From the sequence record NC_054921.1: a stretch of DNA of 64,000 bases, one strand, 5' to 3'. This DNA is from Escherichia phage vB_EcoM_IME537. The position numbers were made by a program, and so were the translations under genes. Under the pieces are notes generated by a model, which was given only the letters and a program-made list of their open reading frames with translations, had not been told where the DNA came from and did no database searches. The stretch's first letter is position 1. Each line of letters begins with the position of its first letter. Shown in pieces: positions 31,253-42,495 of the stretch.

Positions 31253-34200
31253 ATGGCTACTTTAAAACAAATACAATTTAAAAGAAGCAAAACTGCAGGA
31301 GCACGTCCTGCCGCTTCAGTATTAGCCGAAGGTGAATTGGCTATAAACTTAAAAGACCGCGTACTTTTTACTAAAGATGACCAAGGAAATATTATTGATC
31401 TTGGTTTTGCTAAGGGCGGTAGTATTGACGGGAATGTTATTCATATAGGAAATTATAATCAAACTGGTGATTATACTTTAAATGGCACCTTCACTCAGAC
31501 AGGTAATTTTAATTTAACTGGTATTGCTCGAGTAACTCGCGATATTATTGCCGCCGGGCAGATTATGACTGAGGGCGGAGAACTTATTACAAAAAGTTCA
31601 GGTACAGCGCATGTTCGTTTTTTCGATGGCAATAGCCGCGAACGTGGAATCATTTATGCCCCGGCTAATGATGGTTTAACTACACAAGTACTTAATATCA
31701 GGGTTCAAGATTATGCTGCAGGAAGCGAAAGCACCTATGCATTTTCAGGCAGTGGACTATTTACTTCACCTGAAGTATCAGCATGGAAATCTATTTCGTC
31801 TCCACAAATTCTAACCAACAAAGTCATTACTAATAATAAATCTACGGGCGATTATGACATCTATTCGATGGCAGACAATGTTCCACTGTCTGAAAGCACT
31901 ACTGCTATTAATCATCTACGTGTCATGCGCAATGCAGTTGGTTCTGGTATTTTCCATGAAGTTAAAGATAATGATGGAATAACATGGTATAGTGGAGATG
32001 GATTAGACGCTTATCTTTGGTCATTTACTTGGAGCGGCGGAATTAAATCAAGTCACTCAATTTCCATCGGTTTAACACCCGGATCTAAGGATTACTCAAT
32101 ATTAGGACCGTCTAGTATCGCTTTAGGAGATAATGATACTGGATTTAAATGGCATCAGGACGGATATTATTTCAGCGTTAATAATGGAACAAAAACGTTT
32201 TTATTTAGTCCTAGCGAAACAACTAGCCTAAGAAAATTTGTAGTTGGATATTCTACTAACGGAACCGATTTAACGACTCCTCCAACTGAAAACTACGCTC
32301 TTGCTACTGTCGTGACATATCACGATAATAACGCGGTTGGAGATGGTCAAACTCTTTTAGGATATTACCAAGGCGGTAATTATCATCACTATTTCCGTGG
32401 TAAAGGTACTACAAACATTAATACTCACGGCGGTTTGTTAGTCACTCCTGGTAATATTGACGTTATTGGTGGTTCTGTTAATATTGATGGTCGTAATAAT
32501 TCTTCTACGCTGATGTTTAGAGGTAACACAACTGGTAGCAGTTCAGTTGATAATATGACAATTTCTGTATGGGGTAATACCTTTATTAATCCTAGTGAAG
32601 GCACCCGTAAAAATGTCATGGAAATTTCTGACGCAACTAGTTGGATGAGCTATATTCAACGAACAACTGCAGGTAAAGTCGAATCGGTTATAAATGGCAC
32701 CCAGATTGTTAATGAAAACTTGACAGTAGTAAAAAATGCTACATTTGACGGTACAATCAGCGCAGCCGGTGAAATCGCGACAAATGCTGTAAATGGTCTT
32801 CGCATTTGGAATGCAGATTATGGAGCCATTTTTAGACGTTCAGAAGGCAGTCTTCATATTATTCCTACAGCATTTGGCGAAGGACAGAATGGTGATATCG
32901 GCCCACTTCGTCCATTTAGTATATCTTTAGATACAGGTAAGGTTGTTATTCCTGACTTGGATTTGAGTTATGCTTCTTTTGCAGCAAACGGCTATATTAA
33001 ATTCGGTGGACATGGTGCAGGTGCAGGCGGTTACGATATTCAATATGCACAAGCAGCTCCTGTTTTCCAAGAAATTGATGATGACGCGGTAAGTAAATAT
33101 TATCCTATTGTTAAGCAGAAATTCTTACAAGGAAAAGCTGTTTGGTCTTTAGGTACTGAAATTAATTCCGGGACTTTTGTTTTGCATCATTACAAAGAAG
33201 ACGGGACCCAAGGTCATACATCAAGATTTAATGCTGATGGTACAGTTAATTTCCCTGATAACGTGCAGGTTGGCGGCGGTGAAGCTACTATTGCTCGCAA
33301 TGGTAATATCTTCTCTGATATTTGGAAACCGTTTACTTCTGCTGGTGATACTACAAATATTCGTGATGCTATTGCCTCCCGTGTGTCTAAAGAAGGCGAC
33401 ACGATGACCGGTAGGTTGACTTTATCTGCTGGAAATGATGCCCTTGTTTTAACTGCAGGCGTGGGCGCTTCATCGCACATCCGTAGTGATGTAGGTGGTA
33501 CAAATAATTGGTATATAGGCAAAGGCGGCGGCGATAATGGTCTAGGTTTTTACAGTTACATTACACAAGGCGGTGTATACATAACAAATAACGGCGAAAT
33601 ATCGCTTTCTCCTCAAGGTCAAGGAACATTTAATTTTAATAGAGACCGCCTTCATATAAACGGTACACAATGGGTTGCGCATCAATCTGGCGCCTGGGGC
33701 GACCAATGGGGTTTAGAAGCTCCTATATTTGTAGATTTTGGATCCGTCAGCAATGACTGCTATTATCCTATTATTAAAGGAAAATCTGGTATTACTAACG
33801 AAGGATATTTTTCCGGCGTAGATTTTGGTATGCGACGCATTACTAATACCTGGGCGCAAGGTATTATTCGTGTAGGTAACCAGGAAAATGGCCATGACCC
33901 ACAAGCTATCTATGAATTCCACCACAATGGAGTTATGTATGTTCCTAACATGGTTAAAACTGAAAGATTATCAGCTGGCGGTGGTGACCCTGTATGGGGC
34001 GGCGCGTGTCTTGCTATTGGTGATAATGATACAGGATTAGTTCATGGTGGTGATGGTCGTATTAACATGTTTGCCGATGGTGTTCATATTGCGTCATGGG
34101 GGTCTCAACGTCTGGCACATGAGGGGTTATGGGATTCATACGGTGCTTTTTGGACAGAAGTCGGTAAAGCAATTGTTTCTCATGGGCATCTCGTTCAGGC

Positions 34201-34579
34201 AAATGATAGCTATTCAACGTTTGTCCGTGATGTTTATGTCCGTTCTGATATTCGCGTTAAAAAAGACCTCGTTAAATTTGAAAATGCTTCTCAGAAGCTT
34301 TCTAAAATTAACGGTTACACTTATATGCAGAAGCGAGGCCTAGATGAAGAAGGCAATCAGAAATGGGAACCTAACGCCGGTTTAATTGCTCAAGAAGTTC
34401 AAGCTATTTTACCAGAATTAGTTGAAGGTGACCCTGATGGCGAAGCTTTACTTCGTTTGAACTATAACGGTGTAATTGGTTTAAATACAGCTGCAATCAA
34501 TGAGCATACTGCAGAAATTGCAGAACTTAAATCAGAAATCGAAGAACTTAAAGCATTAGTTAAATCGTTGTTAAAATAA
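31253..34579 (+). CDS. 37: long tail fibre distal subunit gp37 with C-terminal intramolecular-chaperone (S74-like) domain
   Basis: 1108 aa; C-terminal RSDIRVKKD...coiled-coil tail. Confidence 0.93.
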   Translation: MATLKQIQFKRSKTAGARPAASVLAEGELAINLKDRVLFTKDDQGNIIDLGFAKGGSIDGNVIHIGNYNQTGDYTLNGTFTQTGNFNLTGIARVTRDIIAAGQIMTEGGELITKSSGTAHVRFFDGNSRERGIIYAPANDGLTTQVLNIRVQDYAAGSESTYAFSGSGLFTSPEVSAWKSISSPQILTNKVITNNKSTGDYDIYSMADNVPLSESTTAINHLRVMRNAVGSGIFHEVKDNDGITWYSGDGLDAYLWSFTWSGGIKSSHSISIGLTPGSKDYSILGPSSIALGDNDTGFKWHQDGYYFSVNNGTKTFLFSPSETTSLRKFVVGYSTNGTDLTTPPTENYALATVVTYHDNNAVGDGQTLLGYYQGGNYHHYFRGKGTTNINTHGGLLVTPGNIDVIGGSVNIDGRNNSSTLMFRGNTTGSSSVDNMTISVWGNTFINPSEGTRKNVMEISDATSWMSYIQRTTAGKVESVINGTQIVNENLTVVKNATFDGTISAAGEIATNAVNGLRIWNADYGAIFRRSEGSLHIIPTAFGEGQNGDIGPLRPFSISLDTGKVVIPDLDLSYASFAANGYIKFGGHGAGAGGYDIQYAQAAPVFQEIDDDAVSKYYPIVKQKFLQGKAVWSLGTEINSGTFVLHHYKEDGTQGHTSRFNADGTVNFPDNVQVGGGEATIARNGNIFSDIWKPFTSAGDTTNIRDAIASRVSKEGDTMTGRLTLSAGNDALVLTAGVGASSHIRSDVGGTNNWYIGKGGGDNGLGFYSYITQGGVYITNNGEISLSPQGQGTFNFNRDRLHINGTQWVAHQSGAWGDQWGLEAPIFVDFGSVSNDCYYPIIKGKSGITNEGYFSGVDFGMRRITNTWAQGIIRVGNQENGHDPQAIYEFHHNGVMYVPNMVKTERLSAGGGDPVWGGACLAIGDNDTGLVHGGDGRINMFADGVHIASWGSQRLAHEGLWDSYGAFWTEVGKAIVSHGHLVQANDSYSTFVRDVYVRSDIRVKKDLVKFENASQKLSKINGYTYMQKRGLDEEGNQKWEPNAGLIAQEVQAILPELVEGDPDGEALLRLNYNGVIGLNTAAINEHTAEIAELKSEIEELKALVKSLLK

Positions 34580-34584
34580 TAAGA

Positions 34585-34598
34585 GGGGCTTCGGCCCC
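34585..34598 (+). terminator. GGGGC-UUCG-GCCCC hairpin between genes 37 and 38
   Basis: perfect 5-bp stem with UUCG loop on plus strand. Confidence 0.5.
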
Positions 34599-34610
34599 TT
34601 GGAGGTTTAT

Positions 34611-35387
34611 ATGGCAGTAACAGGACCGTGGGTAGGATCGTCTGCAGTAGTTAATACAGGACAAAATTGGATGGGTGGCGCGGCCCAACGATTAAGAATG
34701 GGCATTCCGTTCTGGATGAGTAATATGATAGGTCGATCTGTTGAAATAATTCACACGCTTGGAGCAGACCATAACTTCAATGGCCAATGGTTCCGAGATA
34801 GATGTTTTGAGGCAGGTAGTGCACCTATAGTGTTTAATATCACTGGAGATTTAGTATCATATTCTAAAGATGTTCCTTTATTCTTCATGTACGGAGATAC
34901 ACCGAATGAATATGTTCAACTGAATATACATGGTGTAACGATGTATGGCCGTGGCGGTAATGGCGGTAGCAATAGTCCTGGCTCAGCTGGGGGTCATTGT
35001 ATTCAAAATGATATTGGTGGGAGACTAAGAATTAATAATGGCGGAGCTATTGCTGGCGGCGGTGGCGGTGGCGGTGGCGGATATTATTCTCCTTTTTCAC
35101 AAATGAGATTGACCTTTGGCGGTGGTGGCGGTCGTCCGTTTGGCGCGCCGGGCGGATCTATTGATATGCAATCAGGAGCAACTGCTGGTACTATTTCTGC
35201 GCCTGGCGCAGGGTCTGTGAACGGTATCTATAGCGGCGGGTCTGGCGGTGAAGTTGGCTCCGCAGGAGGTAGATGCAATATTCGTGGTCAAGGATATGAA
35301 TACGATGGAGGAGCTGCTGGTTATGCTGTTATAGGGTCTGCTCCAACGTGGATAAATGTTGGAGCAATATATGGTCCAAGGGTATAA
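34611..35387 (+). CDS. 38: T2-type receptor-recognising adhesin gp38 (glycine-rich islands)
   Basis: poly-Gly tracts (GGGGGGGGG) between conserved blocks; ATG at 34611 with GGAGG SD (track ORF starts at TTG 34599). Confidence 0.88.
   Translation: MAVTGPWVGSSAVVNTGQNWMGGAAQRLRMGIPFWMSNMIGRSVEIIHTLGADHNFNGQWFRDRCFEAGSAPIVFNITGDLVSYSKDVPLFFMYGDTPNEYVQLNIHGVTMYGRGGNGGSNSPGSAGGHCIQNDIGGRLRINNGGAIAGGGGGGGGGYYSPFSQMRLTFGGGGGRPFGAPGGSIDMQSGATAGTISAPGAGSVNGIYSGGSGGEVGSAGGRCNIRGQGYEYDGGAAGYAVIGSAPTWINVGAIYGPRV
35041..35079 (+). repeat. GGY-codon simple repeat encoding poly-glycine in gp38
   Basis: ggcggcggtggcggtggcggtggcgga. Confidence 0.7.
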
Positions 35388-35418
35388 TTTTGAATAAATA
35401 TCCTTAAAAGGAGGGTCT

Positions 35419-36075
35419 ATGGCAGCACCTAGAATATCATTTTCGCCCTCTGATATTCTGTTGGGTGTTCTAGATCGCTTGTTCAAAGATAACGCTACCG
35501 GGAAAGTTCTTGCTTCCCGGGTAGCTGTCGTAATTCTTTTGTTTATAATGGCGATTGTTTGGTATAGGGGAGATAGTTTCTTTGAGTACTATAAGCAATC
35601 AAAGTATGAAACATACAGTGAAATTATTGAAAAGGAAAGAAATGCACGCTTTGAATCTGTCGCCCTGGAACAACTCCAGATAGTTCATATATCATCTGAG
35701 GCAGACTTTAGTGCGGTGTATTCTTTCCGCCCTAAAAACTTAAACTATTTTGTTGATATTATAGCATATGAAGGAAAATTACCTTCAACAATAAGTGAAA
35801 AATCACTTGGAGGATATCCTGTTGATAAAACTATGGATGAATATGCAGTTCATTTAAATGGACGTCATTATTATTCCAACTCAAAATTTGCTTTTTTACC
35901 GACTAAAAAGCCTACTCCCGAAATAAATTACATGTACAGTTGTCCATATTTCAATTTGGATAATATCTATGCTGGAACAATAACCATGTACTGGTATAGA
36001 AATGATCATATAAGTAATGACCGCCTTGAATCAATATGTGCTCAGGCGGCCAGAATATTAGGAAGGGCTAAATAA
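35419..36075 (+). CDS. t: holin T
   Basis: 218 aa; N-terminal TM segment; matches T4 T as recalled. Confidence 0.93.
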   Translation: MAAPRISFSPSDILLGVLDRLFKDNATGKVLASRVAVVILLFIMAIVWYRGDSFFEYYKQSKYETYSEIIEKERNARFESVALEQLQIVHISSEADFSAVYSFRPKNLNYFVDIIAYEGKLPSTISEKSLGGYPVDKTMDEYAVHLNGRHYYSNSKFAFLPTKKPTPEINYMYSCPYFNLDNIYAGTITMYWYRNDHISNDRLESICAQAARILGRAK

Positions 36076-36348
36076 TTATTTGTTTGTATACATCTCTAGA
36101 TATCGATATACACCCTCAAAACCCTCGTTGAATTCGTCGATGAGGGTTTTCTTATCTTCTTGAGTTAATTCAGAAACAATTTTACGGAATGAATTCTGAT
36201 TTAACTTTCTACCTTCATGCGTTACTCCAATCTCATTCAGAAATGCAATAAAATTAGTGCGATTCTCAACAATATCTTCTCTGGAAAATTTAATCAAAAT
36301 AGACGCAACAGTAATAATTTCACGAACTGTATCAATGTTTTTATTCAT
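36076..36348 (-). CDS. asiA: anti-sigma70 factor AsiA
   Basis: 90 aa, matches T4 AsiA as recalled. Confidence 0.93.
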   Translation of the reverse strand: MNKNIDTVREIITVASILIKFSREDIVENRTNFIAFLNEIGVTHEGRKLNQNSFRKIVSELTQEDKKTLIDEFNEGFEGVYRYLEMYTNK

Positions 36349-36360
36349 TAACTATACCAC

Positions 36361-36513
36361 TCAATTAGTTGACTTTATTATAATATCATCAGACACTTGA
36401 TTTGTAAACCGGTCTGTGTTATTTTCTTCAAAAATTTTTTCTACGAATTCCTTGAACGACTCGCGTTCCTGAGCTACATTATGCTCGATTACCTTTTCAA
36501 GATTATGACTCAT
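36361..36513 (-). CDS. small ORF, 50 aa, coupled to arn stop
   Basis: ATGA overlap with arn stop. Confidence 0.4.
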   Translation of the reverse strand: MSHNLEKVIEHNVAQERESFKEFVEKIFEENNTDRFTNQVSDDIIIKSTN

Positions 36514-36788
36514 TCGAAATAATCTTCAATTTCGTAATCATGGACGTAAAACATTATAGTTTTTAATACATCATCAATACTTTTTCCTGGAGCTGGAATT
36601 ACGTAGAAATATCCCGCCTTTGAGTTATCTTTATAAGTTCCAACCAAAAAATCATTATTTTCAAGATGTAGTTCTTCAACTAATTCATTAACAATTGAGT
36701 GGTATAAATTTGGTAGAAACTTATATAGCTTTTCTAAAATATCAATTTTGATTGTATATTGAACCACAGATTGAGAATCAATAATCAT
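36510..36788 (-). CDS. arn: Arn-like anti-restriction (McrBC inhibitor) protein
   Basis: 92 aa acidic protein at the T4 arn position. Confidence 0.7.
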   Translation of the reverse strand: MIIDSQSVVQYTIKIDILEKLYKFLPNLYHSIVNELVEELHLENNDFLVGTYKDNSKAGYFYVIPAPGKSIDDVLKTIMFYVHDYEIEDYFE

Positions 36789-36871
36789 AGACCTTCCCCT
36801 TATGTTTCTGTTTGCGATTAGATTCTTTAAACGCTTTCTTCTTATCCTTATGGACAGAAGCTCTATTAAAA

Positions 36872-37090
36872 TTATGTTTTGCGACTAAATTGTTCATAGT
36901 GCTGAATTACCTCTTTTAAACATTTGCATGTGAATGAAAACTTTTTAGCTACACCACATTCAAATATATGTTCTCTTAAATCACGTGTATCAGTATATCC
37001 CATCTCAACAATAAAATGCCGTATTAGATTTTTATCTTTATCATTGAGAGAATTAAAATAATCGGATTTTGAATTAATTTCCCTGGCCAA
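36872..37090 (-). CDS. hypothetical protein, 72 aa
   Basis: ORF. Confidence 0.5.
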   Translation of the reverse strand: MAREINSKSDYFNSLNDKDKNLIRHFIVEMGYTDTRDLREHIFECGVAKKFSFTCKCLKEVIQHYEQFSRKT

Positions 37091-37370
37091 ATTGAATCAC
37101 CTTCAGTTGACGTTTTAGTTCTTTTATCATTTCTTCGTTCATCGCAATATAAAGATCGCGTAAAGCGGGTTTTAGCATTCCATTTACTGGAGAACTAAAT
37201 GGACATACATAATCTTTTCCTACGAGCTTTTTAGTGAATTCCATGTCACAAAACTGAAATGCAGGTTCATTGGCATAAATTCCCCAATTAGTTGACATCA
37301 TTTTATTGGCATATTCCAATGCCTGGATTTGATTAGTAATTCCATCAATTTGAAACTTTTTAATATTCAT
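37074..37370 (-). CDS. hypothetical protein, 98 aa
   Basis: ORF. Confidence 0.5.
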   Translation of the reverse strand: MNIKKFQIDGITNQIQALEYANKMMSTNWGIYANEPAFQFCDMEFTKKLVGKDYVCPFSSPVNGMLKPALRDLYIAMNEEMIKELKRQLKVIQFGQGN

Positions 37371-37831
37371 TAGTAAAGGTCCTCAGAGTAAAGTTCTTTT
37401 TCACTACCACCGCGTTCAATACGTACTTGTCCAGCGTAAGTTGCAATAATCATTGCTTCTTCACGTGTCCAATAATTACTATATTGGTCAATAAACCCTT
37501 GGTCATCATCACAAACTTGCTGAGTAACTAATTGGGGTTTAACTACATCTAAAACTTCGGCCATATCTTTAGAATAATGACGAGCACCCGGAATAATAAG
37601 AGTTCGTCCATCTTTTAATTTAAAACGGTTGGCTGCGCAAACAATCCGTCGTTGGTACTTTTGGTTTTCATCCCAGTATGCAGACTGCCAACAGATTTCA
37701 GGAACTTCTTTTAAAATATCTTCTTCTGTGCATTTATAACCATGCGCTTTAAATTTTTCAGCAAGACTTTCTGGAGTTTCACGAGATAAAGGAACATTCA
37801 GCATTTTTAAACGATTAATAAATGGGTTCAT
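37370..37831 (-). CDS. hypothetical protein, 153 aa
   Basis: ORF. Confidence 0.55.
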   Translation of the reverse strand: MNPFINRLKMLNVPLSRETPESLAEKFKAHGYKCTEEDILKEVPEICWQSAYWDENQKYQRRIVCAANRFKLKDGRTLIIPGARHYSKDMAEVLDVVKPQLVTQQVCDDDQGFIDQYSNYWTREEAMIIATYAGQVRIERGGSEKELYSEDLY

Positions 37832-38157
37832 TTAAACCATCCTTTAATACGTTGCCACAAAGTTTTCTGCTGAGCTTTGTTAACACCAATTGAGCGAATA
37901 ACTGGTTGAGATTCCTGGAATTCTTTATAATCAGCAAGGTAAATTTCGTAAGCTGCATCTGTAAATGAACTTATTGCTGCCATAAAATTATTGCGAATAC
38001 CTACTGGAGCATCTTTACTTTCACGAATAATCATGTATTTACCAGTCTTAATCTTTACAATAGTTCCAAGATAAGCTCCATGGTACCAGATATCCCACCC
38101 CTCTTGAGTGGGTTCTGCGCAACGACGAAGTTCATTGATAATTTCTAACTTGTTCAT
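37828..38157 (-). CDS. hypothetical protein, 109 aa
   Basis: ORF. Confidence 0.5.
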   Translation of the reverse strand: MNKLEIINELRRCAEPTQEGWDIWYHGAYLGTIVKIKTGKYMIIRESKDAPVGIRNNFMAAISSFTDAAYEIYLADYKEFQESQPVIRSIGVNKAQQKTLWQRIKGWFK

Positions 38158-38167
38158 TATTTATTCC

Positions 38168-38803
38168 TCACAGTTCAGATGCTACAGTAATTACAGCTTC
38201 AATGTTTTCTGCCGAGCGTTTAATGTCAAGATACACATTACCGTTTTTAGCGATTTTACATGACATTCCGATGTCAGTAAATTTCTGAATATGATGTTCC
38301 ATCATTTTGTATCCAAAAATTCGCATATTTCCATTGTTGTTAATTTCAAAATTACGAATTCCGTGAGTGCGTTTTTCTAAAATAGCGAGATAGTTACTGC
38401 GATAAGTTTCAACCTTTTTAAGAACAAATCCATTTTCATCTAAAAGTTTTAACATGAAGTCTTTATCTTCTTCCATATCAGAAGTAATCTCGCGAGCTTT
38501 ACGAGTTGCTCGTTTTTTCAGCAGTTCCGGAGCGTTTTCCTGTGCGTATAAAGTTGCTGCATTTGAAATAATATCCTGAGCTTCACCAGTAATGATTAAT
38601 CCATCACCAGATTTCTCCACCAGGCCTTTTTTAATCAACACCCCAATATTACTATTAACTACTGCATTACCTAAATCTGGATGCACCTCACGAACTTCTG
38701 CGGCTGTAATGAAATCTTTCTTAGCAATGGTAATTAAAATCGCAGCAGTTTTTTCATTCAGAACATCGTTAGAAGCTTTGATGATGTAAGTTACTTTAGA
38801 CAT
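38168..38803 (-). CDS. motA: middle-transcription activator MotA
   Basis: 211 aa, matches T4 MotA as recalled. Confidence 0.93.
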   Translation of the reverse strand: MSKVTYIIKASNDVLNEKTAAILITIAKKDFITAAEVREVHPDLGNAVVNSNIGVLIKKGLVEKSGDGLIITGEAQDIISNAATLYAQENAPELLKKRATRKAREITSDMEEDKDFMLKLLDENGFVLKKVETYRSNYLAILEKRTHGIRNFEINNNGNMRIFGYKMMEHHIQKFTDIGMSCKIAKNGNVYLDIKRSAENIEAVITVASEL

Positions 38804-38892
38804 TTTCTAATCTCCGTAATTCTGCATCAGTAGTTGATAGTTGTATAGTACCACAGTATGCTTTGGAGGGAGAGCTTCGGCTCTCCCTAAAA

Positions 38893-39042
38893 TTACTGCA
38901 TGACTGTGATAACTGTCATGATAACGCGTTGAATTCCGAACGCAAGAAGACCTCCTGCTACGGCTGGAACAACACCTAAACCCGCCAGTAAAATGCCGCC
39001 AGATACTAACGCCGCGCTTGTAATACCAATGAATGGACTCAT
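38893..39042 (-). CDS. small membrane protein, 49 aa
   Basis: hydrophobic; ATG overlaps gene 52 stop (ATGA). Confidence 0.45.
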   Translation of the reverse strand: MSPFIGITSAALVSGGILLAGLGVVPAVAGGLLAFGIQRVIMTVITVMQ

Positions 39043-40367
39043 TTGATTTCCTCTAAATCTTTGGTGTATTCGGTAACTACATCAGTAGTTTTCCAATATT
39101 CGTTTTCTTCTTTTTTAGCTTTAGCTTCTTCAGCAAGTTTCTTCGCTTCATCGGAAGTCATATGAAAAATATTCATTCCAACTAGTTTATCAACATAAGA
39201 AGAATACATATCGATTTTCGAAAGTTCTTCGGTCAGTTCTTTACGAGTTTTACCTTGTACAACAATTTCACCTGAAATTACTTTCTTAATGAAATGTGCC
39301 TTGGCAAAGGCTAAACGAAAAGCTGATTCAGTTTCTTTAATTTTGTTATCAATTCGTTTTTGAACATAAGTTTTACGAACTTCAACAAAGTCTTTAATTA
39401 AATCAACTACGTTATCGTAAACTTGCAGCTTTCCTTTCTCATTAATGACTGTAATATTCTGAGAACGACGCTCAATCAATCCAAAGTCTTTCATAATTTT
39501 TGCATGGCGTTCTTCTTCGTTATCGCTCAAAGCGTATTCTTTGCGGAATTTAACTTTAAAGCCAAAACCATGCTCACCGCAAGCATCATCCCATGTAATG
39601 AAGCCCTTATCTTCAAGCGGGTCTAAGATTTTACTCACATAAGTTTCACGATCATACTTATATGGAATCTCAGTGATATTCATTTGAGTTCGTGAAGTAA
39701 ACTTATATGTTCCACGAATTTCATATTGACCGTCAATTTCAACGACTTCACCGCGAAATTCTGGGAATTCTACCTTCGGTTTAGTTACTTTCTTTCCTTG
39801 AAGAGCTTGTAGTACAGCTTTCTTGACAGAAGAAACACTATGAGGAAGAATGTAAGTTGCATAACCAGTTGCAATACCGGAAACACCATTAAGAAGAACA
39901 GTAGGAATAATAGGCAAATAGAAAGCAGGAGGAATGTGTTCTTTATCTTGATGTACCGGAGCATATTCAGTATCTTTATATACGTTATAGAAATTTTTAC
40001 TTACACGAGCAAAAATATAACGACTTGCTGCTGCTTTTTGAACGGTACGAGAACCAAAGTTTCCTTGACCATCTAACAAAGGAAAGTTATTATTCCAAGT
40101 GTTAGCCATCAAAGCCCCCGCATCTTGTGCGGAGTTTTCACCATGATGATATCCAAGGTCAGCTACACCACCTGCAATAGAAGCGAGTTTGTGAAACTTA
40201 TCTTTATTTCCTCGCGCCAAATCAAGAGCTCGAGCAATAACAAATCGTTGAACTGGCTTAAATCCATCAATCATATTTGGAATAGCACGATTTTCAACCG
40301 TGTACATAGCATAAGCCAATGCTTCATTATCAATGATACTTTTTAAATCGCGATTATTCAGTTGCAT
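39039..40367 (-). CDS. 52: DNA topoisomerase II medium subunit gp52
   Basis: 442 aa, matches T4 gp52 as recalled. Confidence 0.93.
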   Translation of the reverse strand: MQLNNRDLKSIIDNEALAYAMYTVENRAIPNMIDGFKPVQRFVIARALDLARGNKDKFHKLASIAGGVADLGYHHGENSAQDAGALMANTWNNNFPLLDGQGNFGSRTVQKAAASRYIFARVSKNFYNVYKDTEYAPVHQDKEHIPPAFYLPIIPTVLLNGVSGIATGYATYILPHSVSSVKKAVLQALQGKKVTKPKVEFPEFRGEVVEIDGQYEIRGTYKFTSRTQMNITEIPYKYDRETYVSKILDPLEDKGFITWDDACGEHGFGFKVKFRKEYALSDNEEERHAKIMKDFGLIERRSQNITVINEKGKLQVYDNVVDLIKDFVEVRKTYVQKRIDNKIKETESAFRLAFAKAHFIKKVISGEIVVQGKTRKELTEELSKIDMYSSYVDKLVGMNIFHMTSDEAKKLAEEAKAKKEENEYWKTTDVVTEYTKDLEEIK

Positions 40368-40371
40368 AAAT

Positions 40372-40512
40372 TTACCATACTAGTGAATGTAGTGCCATAA
40401 TAACATCAGAAATGAAAAGCACGACTTGAATTAATCCGAACATTACTCCATAATATAGTGCTACCAGTAAAGCAGCAAGGGCTACTGAGTAGCCCAAGAT
40501 TTTCTTAATCAT
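40372..40512 (-). CDS. small membrane peptide, 46 aa
   Basis: hydrophobic; ATGATTAA overlap with ac stop. Confidence 0.45.
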   Translation of the reverse strand: MIKKILGYSVALAALLVALYYGVMFGLIQVVLFISDVIMALHSLVW

Positions 40513-40660
40513 TAGATAACAACGCAAATGTTAAACATGCACACATACCCTGAGCTAAAGCTTGCGAAAACACGCTGCTGACATCAATACAGATAGTTAA
40601 AACACATGCTACTATCCAACAAATAAATGAAATAACTCCTAATAATTTTGCAATATTCAT
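40505..40660 (-). CDS. ac: Ac-like small membrane protein (acridine sensitivity)
   Basis: 51 aa hydrophobic ORF between 52 and stp. Confidence 0.6.
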   Translation of the reverse strand: MNIAKLLGVISFICWIVACVLTICIDVSSVFSQALAQGMCACLTFALLSND

Positions 40661-40667
40661 ATTTTCC

Positions 40668-40748
40668 TCACTGGCGTCCGAAGACGCCTTTAGTTTTAAG
40701 ATTGTTACGATAGAACTGCATTACGTGTTCGTTATGGAAATTACTCAT
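40668..40748 (-). CDS. stp: Stp peptide (activator of host PrrC anticodon nuclease)
   Basis: 26 aa [26 protein letters not shown], matches T4 Stp as recalled. Confidence 0.85.
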
Positions 40749-41203
40749 TAATATGCCTGCAAAACAAATTTAAAGTTATCAGCCAACATACGGTTCATTT
40801 CTTCAAGTGTTTGATACTCAGAATGATGATTACGAGTAAACGCCAAAGCTAACTGACCTTTTCCAAATCCTGTCGTCAAAGGTTTCATCTTAGAAGCAGG
40901 AAGATAAAATACTGTGTATGGAACATTGTTATTTGCAATAGTACGCGCAAGCTGAGACCGACGCTGACGAATATGACTTAGAACTGCACTGAATCCTTGC
41001 TTAGAACGCTGATTACCTACATAAAATCGTGCAGATACACACGGACTATCAAATGGACCACCAAATTTGCTCACTAAAAAGTAAAATCCAGGGTTAGACA
41101 AAATGTCTTTATGCGGAGTTCCAAAAACCCATTCACCACCCTTGATTGTACCAATAACAGTTGCGCCTGCGTTGTTCAGATCAGTAACAGTCATGTATTT
41201 CAT
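40748..41203 (-). CDS. ndd: nucleoid disruption protein Ndd
   Basis: 151 aa, matches T4 Ndd as recalled. Confidence 0.9.
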
Positions 41204-41263
41204 ATTAATTTCCTCTAATTATTTTCTACTCCATGGCCGCATGAATACACACGGCCTGTTAAA

Positions 41264-41479
41264 TTAATCGTCGCAGTCGACGCTCAATTCCCAAAACTCT
41301 TCTACAGTATAAGTTTCAGTATCATTTTCAATACAGAAACGTTCATTACTGTTATTTGCTAAAGTAGCGTTAACTGTCATTTTCTCGCTAGTGCTCTTAA
41401 GAGGTGAAATACGAATTAACTGATCACCACTATCTAAACAGAAAATTTCACCAACTTTTACATCTTTAAAAATTTTCAT
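41264..41479 (-). CDS. hypothetical protein, 71 aa
   Basis: ORF. Confidence 0.5.
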   Translation of the reverse strand: MKIFKDVKVGEIFCLDSGDQLIRISPLKSTSEKMTVNATLANNSNERFCIENDTETYTVEEFWELSVDCDD

Positions 41480-41594
41480 AATTCACCTCAGGGAGTATAA
41501 AATCCGAATGCAGTTGTTGACCATCCCATCCAATATGGGAAATTTGCGCCAATGTAAAACATGAGAATATAAAACCAACCGCTCAGCAAATTCA

Positions 41595-41813
41595 TCATTT
41601 TACGCCATTCCAAATTGTTTCAACCACGGATTTTAAACCATTTTGATGAATATCAATTCCGACTACTGTCATCAAATAGATTCCAACTACAACTGAACCT
41701 AAGGCAAAAATCAGCATGAAAATGAATAAAGCCGGAAAAATATTATCGAAAAACCATTCAATAAATGTAAAAGCACTGCGTTTACGCTTCATATTTTCCT
41801 CACATAAATCCAA
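41595..41813 (-). CDS. small membrane protein
   Basis: two predicted TM segments. Confidence 0.5.
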   Translation of the reverse strand: MDLCEENMKRKRSAFTFIEWFFDNIFPALFIFMLIFALGSVVVGIYLMTVVGIDIHQNGLKSVVETIWNGVK

Positions 41814-42157
41814 AGTAAGCGTTTAATACATCAATCATTAAAACGATTGGGAATATACTCAAAACTATTAGTATTATAACTACATTCCATATAGCTTTAA
41901 CAATCTTTTTCATTTTCTGTTCCTCCGTAGTTGATAGGGTAATAGTACCACGGAAGAACAGTCTTGTAAACAACTTTTTTTAAAAATATTCGTAATAAAT
42001 GTGAATACCAACTACTACCGCTGAAACCTGTGCAACCCACCACGCACAAGCAATAAGTACAGAATTCAAAATTTTCATAATAACCTCATCACAAAAGTAA
42101 ATGTTAAACAAATTACTGGAATACTAATTAACCAAACAAAACACCACCACAGTGAAC

Positions 42158-42421
42158 TCATAGTTCAATCTCAACGATTTCCAGGTGTTTTTGTTTTATT
42201 GCCTTTTTAACACAATCATGGACTAAATATGACCATGAATCATTATATTCTCCATTAACTAATCGTTGGAGATCTTCACGTGATGATAAGTAAGGTTGAT
42301 CTGATTCCCATTTTGATAAAAATACTGCAGTAAAAATATCTCCTTCACCTGTAGTTGAAGTCGTAAATGCAATAAATTCACCGGTAATTTTATGTTTAGC
42401 GTAATAAAATTTAAATTTCAT
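42158..42421 (-). CDS. hypothetical protein, 87 aa
   Basis: ATG at 42421 after SD GGAGG; track ORF extends upstream only by translating the promoter. Confidence 0.5.
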   Translation of the reverse strand: MKFKFYYAKHKITGEFIAFTTSTTGEGDIFTAVFLSKWESDQPYLSSREDLQRLVNGEYNDSWSYLVHDCVKKAIKQKHLEIVEIEL

Positions 42422-42439
42422 TTTTACTCCTCCGTAGCT

Positions 42440-42478
42440 GATAGTTGTATAGTACCACAGTCCTTGTGGTATGTAAAC
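42440..42478 (-). promoter_or_regulatory. T4-type early promoter
   Basis: minus strand GTTTACATACCACAAGGACTGTGGTACTATACAACT. Confidence 0.5.
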
Positions 42479-42495
42479 TGTTTTGTGAAATTTTT

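Noticed and set aside
35041-35079. Short tandem GGY repeat, possibly a repeat array
   Set aside because: It lies inside gp38 and encodes the poly-glycine tract; it is coding simple sequence, not a CRISPR or satellite array.
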